From NCBI GenBank assembly GCA_043228905.1, contig JBHGNT010000006.1, positions 5,704,001 to 5,768,000 on the forward strand: DNA of 64,000 nucleotides, in the 5' to 3' direction. Position 1 is the stretch's first letter. Every line of letters starts with the position of its first letter. Source of the DNA: Azolla caroliniana (lineage: Eukaryota; Plantae; Polypodiophyta). The position numbers were made by a program, and so were the translations under genes. The notes beneath the pieces were generated by a model. That model was not told the origin of the DNA and did no database searches. It was given only the letters and a program-made list of their open reading frames with translations. Positions 11,300 to 23,478 of the stretch are shown here, piece by piece.

Positions 11300-13804
11300 A
11301 TGAATACTCAAATGGGGAGTGCTCTCCCTAACAAGAAGTTGGACCGAAACAACTTCGCATCTTGGGAGTACAAGATGCACCAATACCTTGTCGGCCAAGG
11401 CTATATTGGGGTTACATCAAGGGAGCACAAGAAAATCGACCGACCCGGAAGACGCCGACTACTCAACATGGGAGCAAGCGACGAGTCGAGTAATGTATTG
11501 CTTGGCAACATGTGTTCACAACCACATACTCGGTTACATTCGAGAAGCCGAGACGCCGAAGGAAGCATGGGAAAATCTACGAAAGATTTTTGCCGCCAAC
11601 ACGACCACGAGGAAGCTTCAACTTCGCCAAGAGTTGAACAACATCCAACAACGGGACATGTCCATCTCAAGCTACACCTTGAGAATCAAGGAGCTTTGTG
11701 ATTCGCCCGGCTCAATAAGCATCAATGTGGATGATGATGAGATGGTGCAAATATGCCTCGACGACCTTGCACCACGGTTCGGTTCGATGAGAACCGTCGT
11801 CCTAGCAAGGGAGAATCCTCCCTCTTCCTTTGATCTTCAATCTATGTTATTAGTCGAAGAGAATCATGTTCGAACAAGGAGCAACGCCTCGAAAGGCCAC
11901 ATGCTCTACATGCATTCGAATGGAGGAAGAGGACGCAGCGGAGCAAGAGGCCGATTCGGCCAAGGACGAGGTGGCGGACGAGGTCCGACTTACGAAAACA
12001 ACTCCCAAATTCGGCAACAAGATGGAAGCCATTGATGAACCTTCGGAAGAAGGGGGAACTTCCATTCTGGTTCGAGTCGACAAAACTTGATCAAATGTGG
12101 TTATTGCGGAAAAATCAGCCACCATGAAGAAGAGTGCTGAAAGAAGAAGCGCGAGTCGGCTTCCACAAGCCGACAACTCACCAATTACGCCACCAACTCC
12201 GACTATGAAGATCATGGCGGAATATTTGTAATGAGACATAGAGCAAATCCTATGTCGGCCTCTACTTCGACTAATGCCTCCAATCCGGAAGATGTATGGT
12301 TCGTCGACTCCGGTGCTTCGAACCATATGACGTCCCATCAAGAATGGTTCAAAGACCTTCGAGAGCCGGATTGACCTGGTTATGTCGAGACCGGAGATGA
12401 CACCACTCATCCGATTCGGCATGTCGGCAATGTCCCATTCGGGAAAGAAGGTGAACAAACTTGCATAAAAAATGTCTTACATGTACCTACCATAACGAAG
12501 AATTTGGTCTCAATCGGCCAAATTGTGGAGCAAGGGATGCAAGTTCGATTCAACCAAGGAGGTTGCATCATCGAAAAAGAGGGCCGACTCATCGCTCACG
12601 GACGAAGAGAGGGCCGAATGTTTATCCTCAAAGCGAACGAGGTAAAATTGGTCATGTTTGCAAAGGGCCTCAAACACAACACCAACATAGAGCTATGGCA
12701 TAAAAGAATTGGCCATATCAATCTCAACAAACTCAAGGCGATGCAATCAAAAGGAGTCGTCATTGGGCTCCCGACCTTCAAAGAGAAAGAGATTGAAGGA
12801 GTATGTGAAACATGCCAATTCGGCAAGCAACATCGACACCCGTTCCCGAAGGAGAGGAACGTGAGCAAAGGCCTATTGACATAGTCCACTCGGATGTGTG
12901 GGGACCGGTACAGACGGCTACGTTCGGAGGATGTCGGTACTATGTTACCTTCATCGATGACTTCTCTAGATACACATGGATCTTTCCCATGAGGATGAAG
13001 AGCGAAGTGTTCACACACTTCCAAAAATTCAAAAGCGAAGTCGAAAAGACAACTGGGCGTCATGTACGATGTCTTCGGTTAGACGGAGGAAAGGAATACT
13101 TCTCCGATGCGTTCACGGCATACCTTTGACAAGAAGGAATTCAACGAGAATTCACTTGCCGACACACACCACAACAGAATGGTGTAGCCGAACGCAAGAA
13201 TCAGCACATCCTCGAAGTAGCAAGGGCCATGCTAAATGAGAAGCATATGCCCAAGTCATATCGGGCAGAACCTGCAAATACCGGTGTCTACCTCATGAAC
13301 TGGTGCACAAAATCCGGAGTGCACGAGGTCACCCTACACGAGAAATACTATGGAAAGAAGTCGGATATATCCCATGTAAGGATATTTGGCTCCATTGCAT
13401 ACATGCACATTCCTCGTGGGGTACTCTCAGGAGCAAAAGGGGTACAAGTGCTTCAACCGCTCTACTCAGAAGACTCGTGTAAGTTGGGATGTCGTCTTTG
13501 ACGAATCAACATCATGGTACAAACCTGAGCCGACTCCTCCCGAACCATCTACGAATGACCTCGACCACATAGAAGACGATGATCAACTAAGGTCAATACC
13601 CGAAGAGAGTTCGATCTCAACTAGATTGAGCAGACCACAAGAGCCTCTGAGCAACCAAGGCTCATCTCGGCCAAGTCCAAAGATGGACAAAGGGAAGGCC
13701 AAAATGCCGGAATATGAAGACGATCACTTCGATGGCAACGAATCAACTCATTCACTCGATAGTGAGTTTGATGGCTTTGATGTGCCTCTTATGAGGTCAC
13801 CCGG
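11300..13804 (+). pseudogene. Copia C gag-protease-integrase, frameshifted
   Basis: NFASWEYKM gag, WFVDSGASNHM protease, LWHKRIGH and VHSDVWGP...YYVTFIDDFSR integrase, spread over several frames. Confidence 0.9.
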
Positions 13805-15786
13805 TATTCGAGACATGAACTAATGTAAGCATTAGATAAGGATAGAATATAGATCTAGATAGAAAGGAGAGAGAGAAAGAAGGGTGTCGATCCACCCGAC
13901 CACCCCCGAGCGAAGGGATCGAGACGGACTCGAGCCTCGATCGGCATCCCATACCACCGTCGTGGCATCGAGTTGTACCTGGTGTTGGCGCGCTCGCTAC
14001 AAGAGTTGACCTACCACAAGACAGAGTCTCGACGTAGTCAACCAGATGATGAAATGAGGGTAGCTAGGCCTCTTATTTATAGCGATACGCAAGGCCCCCA
14101 GGCAAGTTCACACTTGGCCTAATGGGTTGTCTGAATCCCGAGGATTAAAAGTAATCCTCCCCTTCTTTACACTCTCGTTTAACCCTCACACTTATCCACA
14201 TGTATAGAATACTACGGTAAATTCTGACCACGGGATATTAGATGGTCATGCCCATAACATACTCCCCCTCTTTAAAACATTGCACTCTTGCAATGGAAAG
14301 TTAGGGAAGTTAGTTTTGAGAGTATTTTCGCATTCCCATGTGGCATCTTTTATTGATTTATCCATCCATTTTATTTTAAATTCTCAGATTTCTTTAGTAC
14401 GTAATTTTTTTGTTTTAACATCGAGAATTCTTTCTGGTACATGTGGTTTAGAAGATAAATCTTCAGAAGTAACCAGAGTTTCAGTTGTAACTGTATTGTT
14501 GCTAGAACCTAGAAGTTCTTTTAGACGACTCACATGAAAAACTGGATGAATTCCAACACCATCGAGAAGAGTGAGACGATAGACTGATGACCCAATGCGT
14601 TTGAGGACTGTAAAAGGTCCACAAAACCGTGGGGCTAACTTAGCGCACTTACCCGTTGTCGCGTTGCTATGCGCGTGCGTGGAGAAGGGCGGGACCACAG
14701 GGGTCTTGGACTAAGGAGTAGAGGAGAAGGAGGAGAGCGGAAAGGCAACGGACCCTCTTACACATGCACTGACACGGGAGCACATAGGAATCACAGTCCA
14801 ACAACACAGCAAAACGAGACGACCAGAAGTCCGAGTATATGAACACGTATGTATATCAATATAAGTATAAATATCGAGACGGTTACAACTAACAGGACGG
14901 CAAGGCGAACACCGAAGCCTGTTCACTCACGCAAACAGAAGAGCGAGATGGAGATTCTGCCGGAAGCACACGGGCGTTCCACAGGACAGAATCAGCCTCC
15001 CGAGAGCCTGCGCAAAGAAGGCTATGGAGAACGACAGAGAAGAAGAGCTCGGTCCCAGTCCGACAGCACTTCGTTCCCTCTAGCGTGCGATCCCTTTCTC
15101 TCCCCGTCTCCCTCTCTTTTATAGCTCAAGGAGGGAGGCCGTCTCACCCGTTTACATCACATTAACTCTCTGTCCTTTCGGACAGAGATACTCCTCGATT
15201 TCCCTTACAGAATATTGCTACCTAGGATTTAACTTTTGTGCCTACCCATCCACCGTACAGCAAGGGACGTGCCCACGTGAAAGGGCCGGTTCACACACAC
15301 TATACACAGTTTGCGCCTGAAGGGGTTTGACGCTATCAAATCTTTCGCCTCTCGGCCACAACCGAGACAACACGGATCAATGCAGCAGAAAATGGGAAAA
15401 AGACACAGAGAGACGAATACACAGGGTATAACGTGGAAAACCCTAAACGGGAAAAACCACGGGAGTGCACGACTCCAACTATCACTATACACTGGAATAT
15501 ACAATGGCGAGCTGCAAGGCGACGACCTTGAGCTCGCTGTCCTCGCCACAGGCGGCGGTATTAAACAGAGGCGTCGACCTCTTCGTTTCTATCTCTCTCT
15601 CTCGGCTGCTCTCACTTCTCATGAAAAATAAGCAACAACATTATAACTGTTTGCCCTAAGTCATATTTATACATATATGACTTTCGGGATATTTACAAAT
15701 ATAGCCTCAAGGGCTCTTAGCAAACATATTCACAAATATGTCCCTGCATCCGGATCTCTCTCCGGGTACATTCGTCATCCGGCTCC

Positions 15787-15980
15787 GTAGCCGGGGTCTT
15801 CATCATCCGGATCCGTATCCGGGTACTCTTCATCCGGCTTCATGCCGGGTACTCTTCATCATCCGGATCCGTATCCGGGTACTCTTCATCCAGCTTCATG
15901 CCGGGTACTCTTCATCATCCGGATCCGTATCCGGGTACTCTTCATCCGGCTTCATGCCGGGTACTCTTCATCATCCGGTT
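15787..15980. repeat. 56-bp tandem repeat in the U3 of H/J LTRs (also ~20635-20828, ~35490-35683, ~40348-40597)
   Basis: Unit CCGGGTACTCTTCATCATCCGGATCCGTATCCGGGTACTCTTCATCCGGCTTCATG; ~3 copies, but 4 in the J 3' LTR. Confidence 0.9.
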
Positions 15981-16060
15981 CCGTAACCGCAACCGGGCTT
16001 GCCGTCATTCATCTCCGGACATCCCATCCGGAGGGACCGTAATCCCAACAAACTCCCCCT

Positions 16061-19000
16061 TCACTTCGGCATGGGATGTCTCTCCAATCCGATCCTCTTC
16101 CGGCATGCTTCCAGCTTGTCGGGTGTGAGCACCTTGGTCAGCATATCCGACCCGTTCTCGTCAGTGTGGATCTTCGTCAGCACGAACTCCTCGTCTTCTA
16201 TCCTCTCCCGGATCCAGTGGTATCTACGCTGGATGTGTTTCGTCCGGGAATGGTAGGCCGCGTTCTTCGCAAGGTGGATGGCACTCTGACTGTCGCAGTA
16301 GAGTCGGTACTCCTCCTGTTGGATACCGAGCTCTCTAATGAAGTCCTTCATCCATATTATTTCCTTGCCGGCTTCAACAGCTGCCATGTACTCCGCCTCC
16401 GTGGTTGACAACGCAACCGTCTTCTGCAGCCTCGACTGCCACGAAACGGCTCCCCCTGCATAGGTCATCACATACCCTGATGTGGACCGGCTGGTATCTG
16501 CATCAGCCGACATATCCGAATCGGTGAAGCCGTCGAGTTGGGGCTTACCGGAGCCGAATCGGAGGCACACGTTTGCCGTGCCCTTCAGGTATCGGAGTAT
16601 CCACTTGACCGCGTTCCAATGCTCTTTGCCGGGATTGCTCATGTACCGGCTCACCACTCCGACTGCATATCCTATGTCCGGTCTCGTACACACCATGGCG
16701 TACATCAAGCTCCCGACGGCTGAGGCATACGACACTTTCATCATATCCTCCTTTTCAGCCTTTGTCTTGGGACTTTGCTTGCTGGACAGCTTGCAGTTTG
16801 CCGGGAGGGTCGATCCGACCGGTCTTGCTTCCGACATGTTGAACCGGTGAAGCACCTTCGTTACGTACTTCTCTTGTGACAGCCACAACTGCTTCTTCTT
16901 CCGGTCTCGGATGATGTGCATCCCTAGTATTTGCCTCGCCGGACCCAGGTCCTTCATTGAGAAGGTTCGGTGAAGTGCTTTCTTCAGCATCCGTATCTTG
17001 ACCTGGTCCCGTCCGACGATCAACATGTCGTCCACGTATAGGAGGAGTATTAGCGAGTCTCCTCCTTCAAACTTCTTCACAAACACGCAGTGATCGGACT
17101 GCGTTTTGTTGTACCCTTCGTCGGTCATGAAGGAGTCGAACTTCCGGTACCATTGCCGGGGAGCCTGCTTCAATCCGTAAAGGCTCTTCTTCAACCGGCA
17201 TACCAGGTGCTCCTTCCCTTTCTTCTCGAATCCTTCCGGTTGCTGCATGTAGATCTCTTCCTCGAGGTCACCGTGAAGGAATGCCGTCTTCACGTCCATC
17301 TGTTCTACCTCGAGGTCCATGCTTGCCGCTATGCTCAGCACCGTCCGGATGGAGGTCATCTTCACTACCGGGGCAAATATCTTGTCGAAGTCGACGCCCT
17401 TCTTCTGCTGGAACCCCTTCACCACGATCCTGGCTTTGTATCTCGGGGAGTTTCCGGCATCTCCCGGTTTCAGCTTGAACACCCACTTGTTTCGAAGTGC
17501 CCGCTTTCCTTTCGGCAACTCCACAAGTTCATATGTGTGGTTCTCATGCAGGGAATCCATCTCGTCCTGCATGGCACTTAACCACCTGCGGCTCTGGGTG
17601 TCGTGCTTTGCTTCTTCAAAGCTCTCCGGCTCCCCCTCGTCGGTTAGCAGCACGTGCTCTGGTTCCGGAAATCTCCGGGGGGCCCTTCTCTCTCTTAGAG
17701 GATATCTCCGTTCGGGAGCTTCGGTAACCGGTTCTTCCGATTCTTCTACATCCGAAATCATTTCGGGATCGGGGCCGGTTCCGGTATCATTTTCATCTTC
17801 TTCGGCCGGTTCTGTTTCTTCACCGTCTTCGGCCGGATCCTCGAGTGCTAACCGGTCCCTTGCCGGTCGGGACTGCTCCTCGTAGAGTTGATTCTCACCG
17901 GTCGACTTGGAGCTCTTCATCTTCTTCTCCGACTCCCAGTCGGCGAGTGTCTTGTCCTCCATGAAGATGATATCTCGACTCCTGAATATCTTTTTGTCGA
18001 CCGGGTCCCATACTCGGTAGCCGAACTCGTCGTCACCGTAACCGAGGAATATGCATGGCCGGGTCTTTGGATCTAACTTTCCTCTCCGGTCCTTTGCCAC
18101 ATGAACGTATGTGAGACACCCGAACACCTTCAGATGCCGGTAGGACACTTCCTTACCGGTCCACACTTTCTGCGGCGTGTCTCCGTCCAAAGGTACTGAG
18201 GGTGATCTATTTATCACATACGTCGCCGTCGACATTGCCTCAGCCCAGAATCCCTTGGGTAGTTTCGCATGCGCCAGCATACCCCGGACCCTCTCCATTA
18301 TGGTCCGGTTCATCCTCTCGGCCAGCCCGTTCAGTTCCGGCGTCTTCGGCACAGTAAACTCGAGTCGGATTCCCTTCGAGCGACAGTACTCCTGGAACTG
18401 CCCCCGGTATTCCCCTCCGTTATCCGCTCGTATCGCTTTCAGCTTCTTGCCGGATTCCCTTTCCACTCTCGCGTGGAGTTCTTTGAAGACGCCCAACACT
18501 TGGTCCTTTGTCTTCAACGGCGCCGTCCACAGCTTCCGGCTGTGGTCATCAATGAATGTCACGAAGTACTGGGCTCCGCCATGTGACTTCGTTTCTACTT
18601 GACACACGTCAGTGTGCACCAGCTCCAATGGTGCACTACGTCTCGTCGGTGGCCTTGAGTGGAAGGAGGTCCGGTTTTGCTTACCGGCTAGGCAGTCGGT
18701 GCACTTCTCCAGGTGCACATGCTTCACTGGAATAAGGTTGTCTTCTGCAAGCCTCTTCATCCCCTTCTCACTCATGTGGCACAGTCTCTTGTGCCACAGC
18801 TCACCGGCAGTGTCGGCTGCCACGTTCGGCTCCTCCGGACATAGCCGGGAATTCATCAGGTATAGTGTGTTGGCTTTCCGAGCCCGAGCCACTATCAGGC
18901 TCCCCTTGCTGAACTTCATTACGCCGTTCCGGATGCTACCCGTGTAGCCTTCATCATCTAGCCTCCCGGCCGAAATCAGGTTCAATCGGACCTCCGGAAC

Positions 19001-20134
19001 GTGTCGGACATCCTTCAGCAGCATTTTGCATCCGGTTGATGTCATCAGCCACACGTCTCCTATGCCGGCAATCCGGCACGTACCTTCATTTCCCATCCGG
19101 ACACAGCCATGCTCACCGGCTGTGTAGGATGAGAAGTATCTTCTCTCCGGGGTCAGGTGGAACGATGCTCCGGAATCGACCACCCAGGTCGTCTCATCGC
19201 CGGCAACGTTTAGTTCACCTTCTTCGGTGATGAGCATGATTTCTTCCTCACTTGCCGCGAGTGCCGTTGTTCCTTTCCGGTCCTGCCCTCGCCGATCCGA
19301 ACCTCTCCGGTCCGTGCCTCCCCGGTATGCACCGTTTCTATCCGGTGACTTCTTCGAATCGGTGTCGACGGCTCCGTTGTCTTTTCGGTAATGCCGACAA
19401 TTCTTTCGGAAGTGCCCCGGCTTCCCACAGTGGAAGCATGTGGGTCTTCCTCTTGACTGCGACCGGGTCCCCGACTTCTCCCGTCTTTGTGGACTCCGGT
19501 TCCATTGTCTTCCCCGTTCCGATTCGGTAAGCAGCGCCTTCGAGTCGGAGGCCGGTTCTTTATCTCTCCGACGCGCTTCTTCATTTAGAATACTTGTCTT
19601 TACCGTTTGTAGAGACAAGTTATCTTCGGTGCAGGAGGTGCTGAGAGTCACCACCAAGTTCTCCCAGCTTTCCGGCAATGTACACATCAAGATGATGGCT
19701 TGCATTGCATCCTCCAACGGGAACTTGATCGCCGCAAGCTGGTTCACGAATCCCATGAACGTGCTTACGTGTTCCACCATACTCTCGCCGTCCCGGTACT
19801 TGAGGTTCACTATCTTCCTCATCAGGGAGGTCCGGTTCAACGCATTCTTCCTCTCGTAGAGGCCCGACAGCTTCCGCCACATCTCGTATGCGTTGGTGTC
19901 GTTCGCCACATGCTGTAGAACGCTCACGTCGACGTATTGCCGAATGGTAGCAACGGCTTTCCGGTTCAGAAGCCTCCATTCCGACTCAAGTACCCCCTTC
20001 GGTATTTCCGACCTGTCAATCGGTTCGTACAGGTCCCGAACAATCAGAAGATCCTCCATCTTGATCTTCCAGTCGGCGTAGTTCTGCGCATTCAGCACCA
20101 TCATCCCCGGCTGCCCGCTGCTGCCGCCTTCCAT
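16061..20134 (-). CDS. Copia gag-pol polyprotein (1357 aa from the ATG after the PBS): gag, CCHC knuckle, protease, integrase, RT, RNase H
   Basis: CFHCGKPGHFRKNC, WVVDSGAS, LWHKRLCH/VHTDVC, LLYVDDML, TDSD...EAEY...CDSQSA; no stops. Confidence 0.95.
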   Translation of the reverse strand: MEGGSSGQPGMMVLNAQNYADWKIKMEDLLIVRDLYEPIDRSEIPKGVLESEWRLLNRKAVATIRQYVDVSVLQHVANDTNAYEMWRKLSGLYERKNALNRTSLMRKIVNLKYRDGESMVEHVSTFMGFVNQLAAIKFPLEDAMQAIILMCTLPESWENLVVTLSTSCTEDNLSLQTVKTSILNEEARRRDKEPASDSKALLTESERGRQWNRSPQRREKSGTRSQSRGRPTCFHCGKPGHFRKNCRHYRKDNGAVDTDSKKSPDRNGAYRGGTDRRGSDRRGQDRKGTTALAASEEEIMLITEEGELNVAGDETTWVVDSGASFHLTPERRYFSSYTAGEHGCVRMGNEGTCRIAGIGDVWLMTSTGCKMLLKDVRHVPEVRLNLISAGRLDDEGYTGSIRNGVMKFSKGSLIVARARKANTLYLMNSRLCPEEPNVAADTAGELWHKRLCHMSEKGMKRLAEDNLIPVKHVHLEKCTDCLAGKQNRTSFHSRPPTRRSAPLELVHTDVCQVETKSHGGAQYFVTFIDDHSRKLWTAPLKTKDQVLGVFKELHARVERESGKKLKAIRADNGGEYRGQFQEYCRSKGIRLEFTVPKTPELNGLAERMNRTIMERVRGMLAHAKLPKGFWAEAMSTATYVINRSPSVPLDGDTPQKVWTGKEVSYRHLKVFGCLTYVHVAKDRRGKLDPKTRPCIFLGYGDDEFGYRVWDPVDKKIFRSRDIIFMEDKTLADWESEKKMKSSKSTGENQLYEEQSRPARDRLALEDPAEDGEETEPAEEDENDTGTGPDPEMISDVEESEEPVTEAPERRYPLRERRAPRRFPEPEHVLLTDEGEPESFEEAKHDTQSRRWLSAMQDEMDSLHENHTYELVELPKGKRALRNKWVFKLKPGDAGNSPRYKARIVVKGFQQKKGVDFDKIFAPVVKMTSIRTVLSIAASMDLEVEQMDVKTAFLHGDLEEEIYMQQPEGFEKKGKEHLVCRLKKSLYGLKQAPRQWYRKFDSFMTDEGYNKTQSDHCVFVKKFEGGDSLILLLYVDDMLIVGRDQVKIRMLKKALHRTFSMKDLGPARQILGMHIIRDRKKKQLWLSQEKYVTKVLHRFNMSEARPVGSTLPANCKLSSKQSPKTKAEKEDMMKVSYASAVGSLMYAMVCTRPDIGYAVGVVSRYMSNPGKEHWNAVKWILRYLKGTANVCLRFGSGKPQLDGFTDSDMSADADTSRSTSGYVMTYAGGAVSWQSRLQKTVALSTTEAEYMAAVEAGKEIIWMKDFIRELGIQQEEYRLYCDSQSAIHLAKNAAYHSRTKHIQRRYHWIRERIEDEEFVLTKIHTDENGSDMLTKVLTPDKLEACRKRIGLERHPMPK

Positions 20135-20930
20135 TTTCTGCACTGCCGTCGCTCTGATACCAGTTTGAAGGGGTTTGACGCTATCAAATCTTTCGCCTCT
20201 CGGCCACAACCGAGACAACACGGATCAATGCAGCAGAAAATGGGAAAAAGACACAGAGAGACGAATACACAGGGTATAACGTGGAAAACCCTAAACGGGA
20301 AAAACCACGGGAGTGCACGACTCCAACTATCACTATACACTGGAATATACAATGGCGAGCTGCAAGGCGACGACCTTGAGCTCGCTGTCCTCGCCACAGG
20401 CGGCGGTATTACACAGAGGCGTCGACCTCTTCGTTTCTATCTCTCTCTCTCGGCTGCTCTCACTTCTCATGAAAAATAAGCAACAACATTATAACTGTTT
20501 GCCCTAAGTCATATTTATACATATATGACTTTCGGGATATTTACAAATATAGCCTCAAGGGCTCTTAGCAAACATATTCACAAATATGTCCCTGCATCCG
20601 GATCTCTCTCCGGGTACATTCGTCATCCGGCTCCGTAGCCGGGGTCTTCATCATCCGGATCCGTATCCGGGTACTCTTCAGCCGGCTTCATGCCAGGTAC
20701 TCTTCATCATCCGGATCCGTATCCGGGTACTCTTCATCCGGCTTCATGCCGGGTACTCTTCATCATCCGGATCCGTATCCGGGTACTCTTCATCCGGCTT
20801 CATGCCAGGTACTCTTCATCATCCGGTTCCGTAACCGCAACCGGGCTTGCCGTCATTCATCTCCGGACATCCCATCCGGAGGGACCGTAATCCCAACAGC
20901 GCCTGGGGACGGTTTTCTTCACGACACCGT

Positions 20931-23454
20931 AGACAATGTCTTAGAATTGTGAGGTACACGTAAAAATACATTTTGTCCAAGGTTGAATACACGAGGTTGC
21001 CTATGATGGTTGGCATAAAAACGCGCTCTATCTTGAGCTATTTTTATATTATCTCATGAAATATGCAACATATCTTGCATATCCCGAAGAAAGTTTTGCG
21101 TACTTCGCAACTCATCATGACGTATATTAACATCAATCGGGGCTCGTGGCTGAAAACCATACATCAACATAAAAGGACTATATCCCGTCGACGTATGCTT
21201 GGAGCTGTTATAAGCAAGCTCCAAAATTGGGAGATAACGTTCCCATTTTGTTGGTTTTGCACCAACATATGCTCGAAGCATATCCTCAATAATATGATTT
21301 ACTTGTTCTGTTTGTCCATCGAATTGAGGATGATACGTGGAGCTCATGCTTAACGTAGTTTCTAACTTCTTAAAGACTTGCGTCCAGAAGTCACTAGTAA
21401 ATTTTGGATCTCGATCACTCATGATATCCATCGATAACCCATAAAAATGAAATAACTCGTCAACGAATTGGTAAGCCAATTCAAGAGTTGTTACCGTGGT
21501 TTTAGTAGCAATAAATCTGGCCATTTTAGTTAGTCGATCAACCACAACCCATATGGCATCATGACCTTTTTGGGTGCGAGGAAGGCTAGCAATAAAATCC
21601 ATGGATATACTTTCCCACTTATTGTTGGGAATGTCCAAGGGATGTAAAAGTCATGCGGCTTTAAGTCGCTTGACTTTGTTAACCTGATATTGTTGACATT
21701 TAGTCACATAGTTATGTATGTCAGGACGCATCTTAGGCCAATAGAATTGAGTGGAGATGAGAACGAGTGTGCGATGTATTCTAGGGTGCCCTGCTGAGGG
21801 TGCATCATGGCATTAAAAAAGAATCCTCTTTTTGACCTCAGGAAAATCTGGAACACGAACCTTCCCATTATGATAGAGCAGACTGTTAGCAATGTGGAAG
21901 TATTCCTTCGAGGATGTAGTGGTGTCTGTTCCAAACTCAACTCTTGCCCAATATTTTGTGAAATAATTGTCATTAGGATACTCCCCTCGAAGGTGATCTT
22001 AAAGATATGATGTTATTTCAGTGAAGCTAAGCATGTTAACTTCACGGATGCGACTTAGTGCATTAGCGATAGTATTGATGGAACCTTTACGATATCGTAT
22101 GGAAAAATCAAATTCTTGGATGAGATCAGCCCATCGTGCCTTACGACCTTTCAGGTCTTGTTGGTAACAAAAATATTTCAAGGACTCGTGGTCCATAGTT
22201 ACCACAAAGCGATTTCCATAAAGATAATGGTGTCATGTTTTGAGCGCATGTATAACTGCAAATAATTCCTTTTCTTGAACGGTATACCGACATTGAGGAA
22301 AATCAAGTTTCTTACTCTTTAATGTTATTGGTTTACCATCTTGATATAAGACAACACCTATAGCATAATCACTTGCATTAGTTTCAACCTCAAAAGGTTT
22401 TGAAGGATCGGGTAAAAGAAGTGAAGGAGCCTTGCAAACTAGGTCCTTGAGTTCGTTAAAGGTGAGGTCTAGTGTAGCATTCCAGACAATAGGTTTTGTA
22501 GACTTACACGTTTGACCTTTTAGAAGATCAGTAAACGGCGTCGTCAATTGGGAGTAATTACAAAGGGATTTTCGCAAAAACCTGACAAAACCATGGAATG
22601 ATCGAACTTCTTGAATATTCCGAAGAGTGGGCCAAAGCTTGATTTTCTAAATACGAGAAGGATCAATTTCAACTACTCGTTCGGTTATGAGATGTCCAAG
22701 ATAAGTAATTGATTTCTTGAAGAACTCACATTTTGAGATCTTCGCATAAAACTGTTTGTCACGCAATGTTTGTAAAACAAAGCGGACATGTTTAGCATGT
22801 TCTTGTAATGTACGACTATAAACTAAAATATCATCCAAGAAAATAACGACAAATTTTCCAAGTTGTTCTTGGAAAATGTCATTCATTTCTTGTTGAAATG
22901 TAGCCAGAGCATTGGTCAAACCAAAAGGCATAACCAAAAACTCATAATGGCCATAGCGCGTACGAAATGTCGTTTTAGGAACACCATCCTCACTTATACG
23001 AATTTGATGGTAGCTATTACGGAGATCAAGTTTCGTAAAATACCGAGCTCCCTAGAGACGATCAATTAGATCGTTAGCCCGGGGCAATGGATACGAATTC
23101 TTGATCGTCACTTTATTCAAGCGTTGGTAATTAATACACATACGTCATGTGCCCTCTTTCTTTTTAACCAAGAGAACTGGTGCACCCCATGGAGATTTAC
23201 TATAATGTATATAACCCATTCGTAAATAGTCCTTGAGTTGCTTAGATACCTCATCCTCTTCGGATGGACTTAAGCGATGAGGTATACTTATTGGTGCAAC
23301 GCCAAGTACAATATCTATACGATGGTCTATATTATGTTTAGGAGGTAAACCATCTAGTAGTTCACTCGGAAAAACATCATGAAAATCATTTAAGATTTCA
23401 TCAAGTTGTTGTTCAAAATATGTTAATTGAACCGAGACATTATCGATATTGTAA
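20931..23454 (-). pseudogene. Element D pol (RT-RNase H-integrase), degenerate
   Basis: VMPFGLTNA...IFLDDILVYS, VETNASDYAIG, WESISMDF...VVVDRLTKMA, with multiple stops and frameshifts. Confidence 0.9.
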
Positions 23455-23478
23455 ACGTTGTCGCGTTGTTACGCGCGT

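Larger units (their letters stand above)
15318..20898 (-). mobile_element. Element H: intact, very young Ty1/Copia (Tnt1/Tork-like); LTRs 15318-16050 and 20166-20898 (733 bp each)
   Basis: Perfect TSD GCGCC, PBS-Met 20151-20162, PPT at 16051-16061, uninterrupted ORF. I counted about 5 substitutions between the LTRs by eye. Confidence 0.97.
14657..20926 (-). mobile_element. Solo LTR E (Trp-PBS lineage; 14657-15317 + 20904-20926), split by Copia H
   Basis: TGTCGCG...CTTCACGACA termini and 4-bp TSD CCGT (14653-56 / 20927-30). Removing it restores the D integrase (LSTGKC). Confidence 0.85.

Noticed and set aside
15738-16128. Repetitive ORFs (MPGTLHHPDP...) in the H/J LTRs
   Set aside because: They are translations of the 56-bp tandem repeat in several frames, with no coding signature.
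16076-19918. Many antisense ORFs over the H/J and G polyproteins
   Set aside because: These are shadow ORFs expected from GC-rich coding sequence.
20135-20221. 29-aa N-terminal extension of the 1386-aa ORF
   Set aside because: It starts at a non-ATG codon inside the LTR and crosses the PBS. J confirms the start at MEGG.
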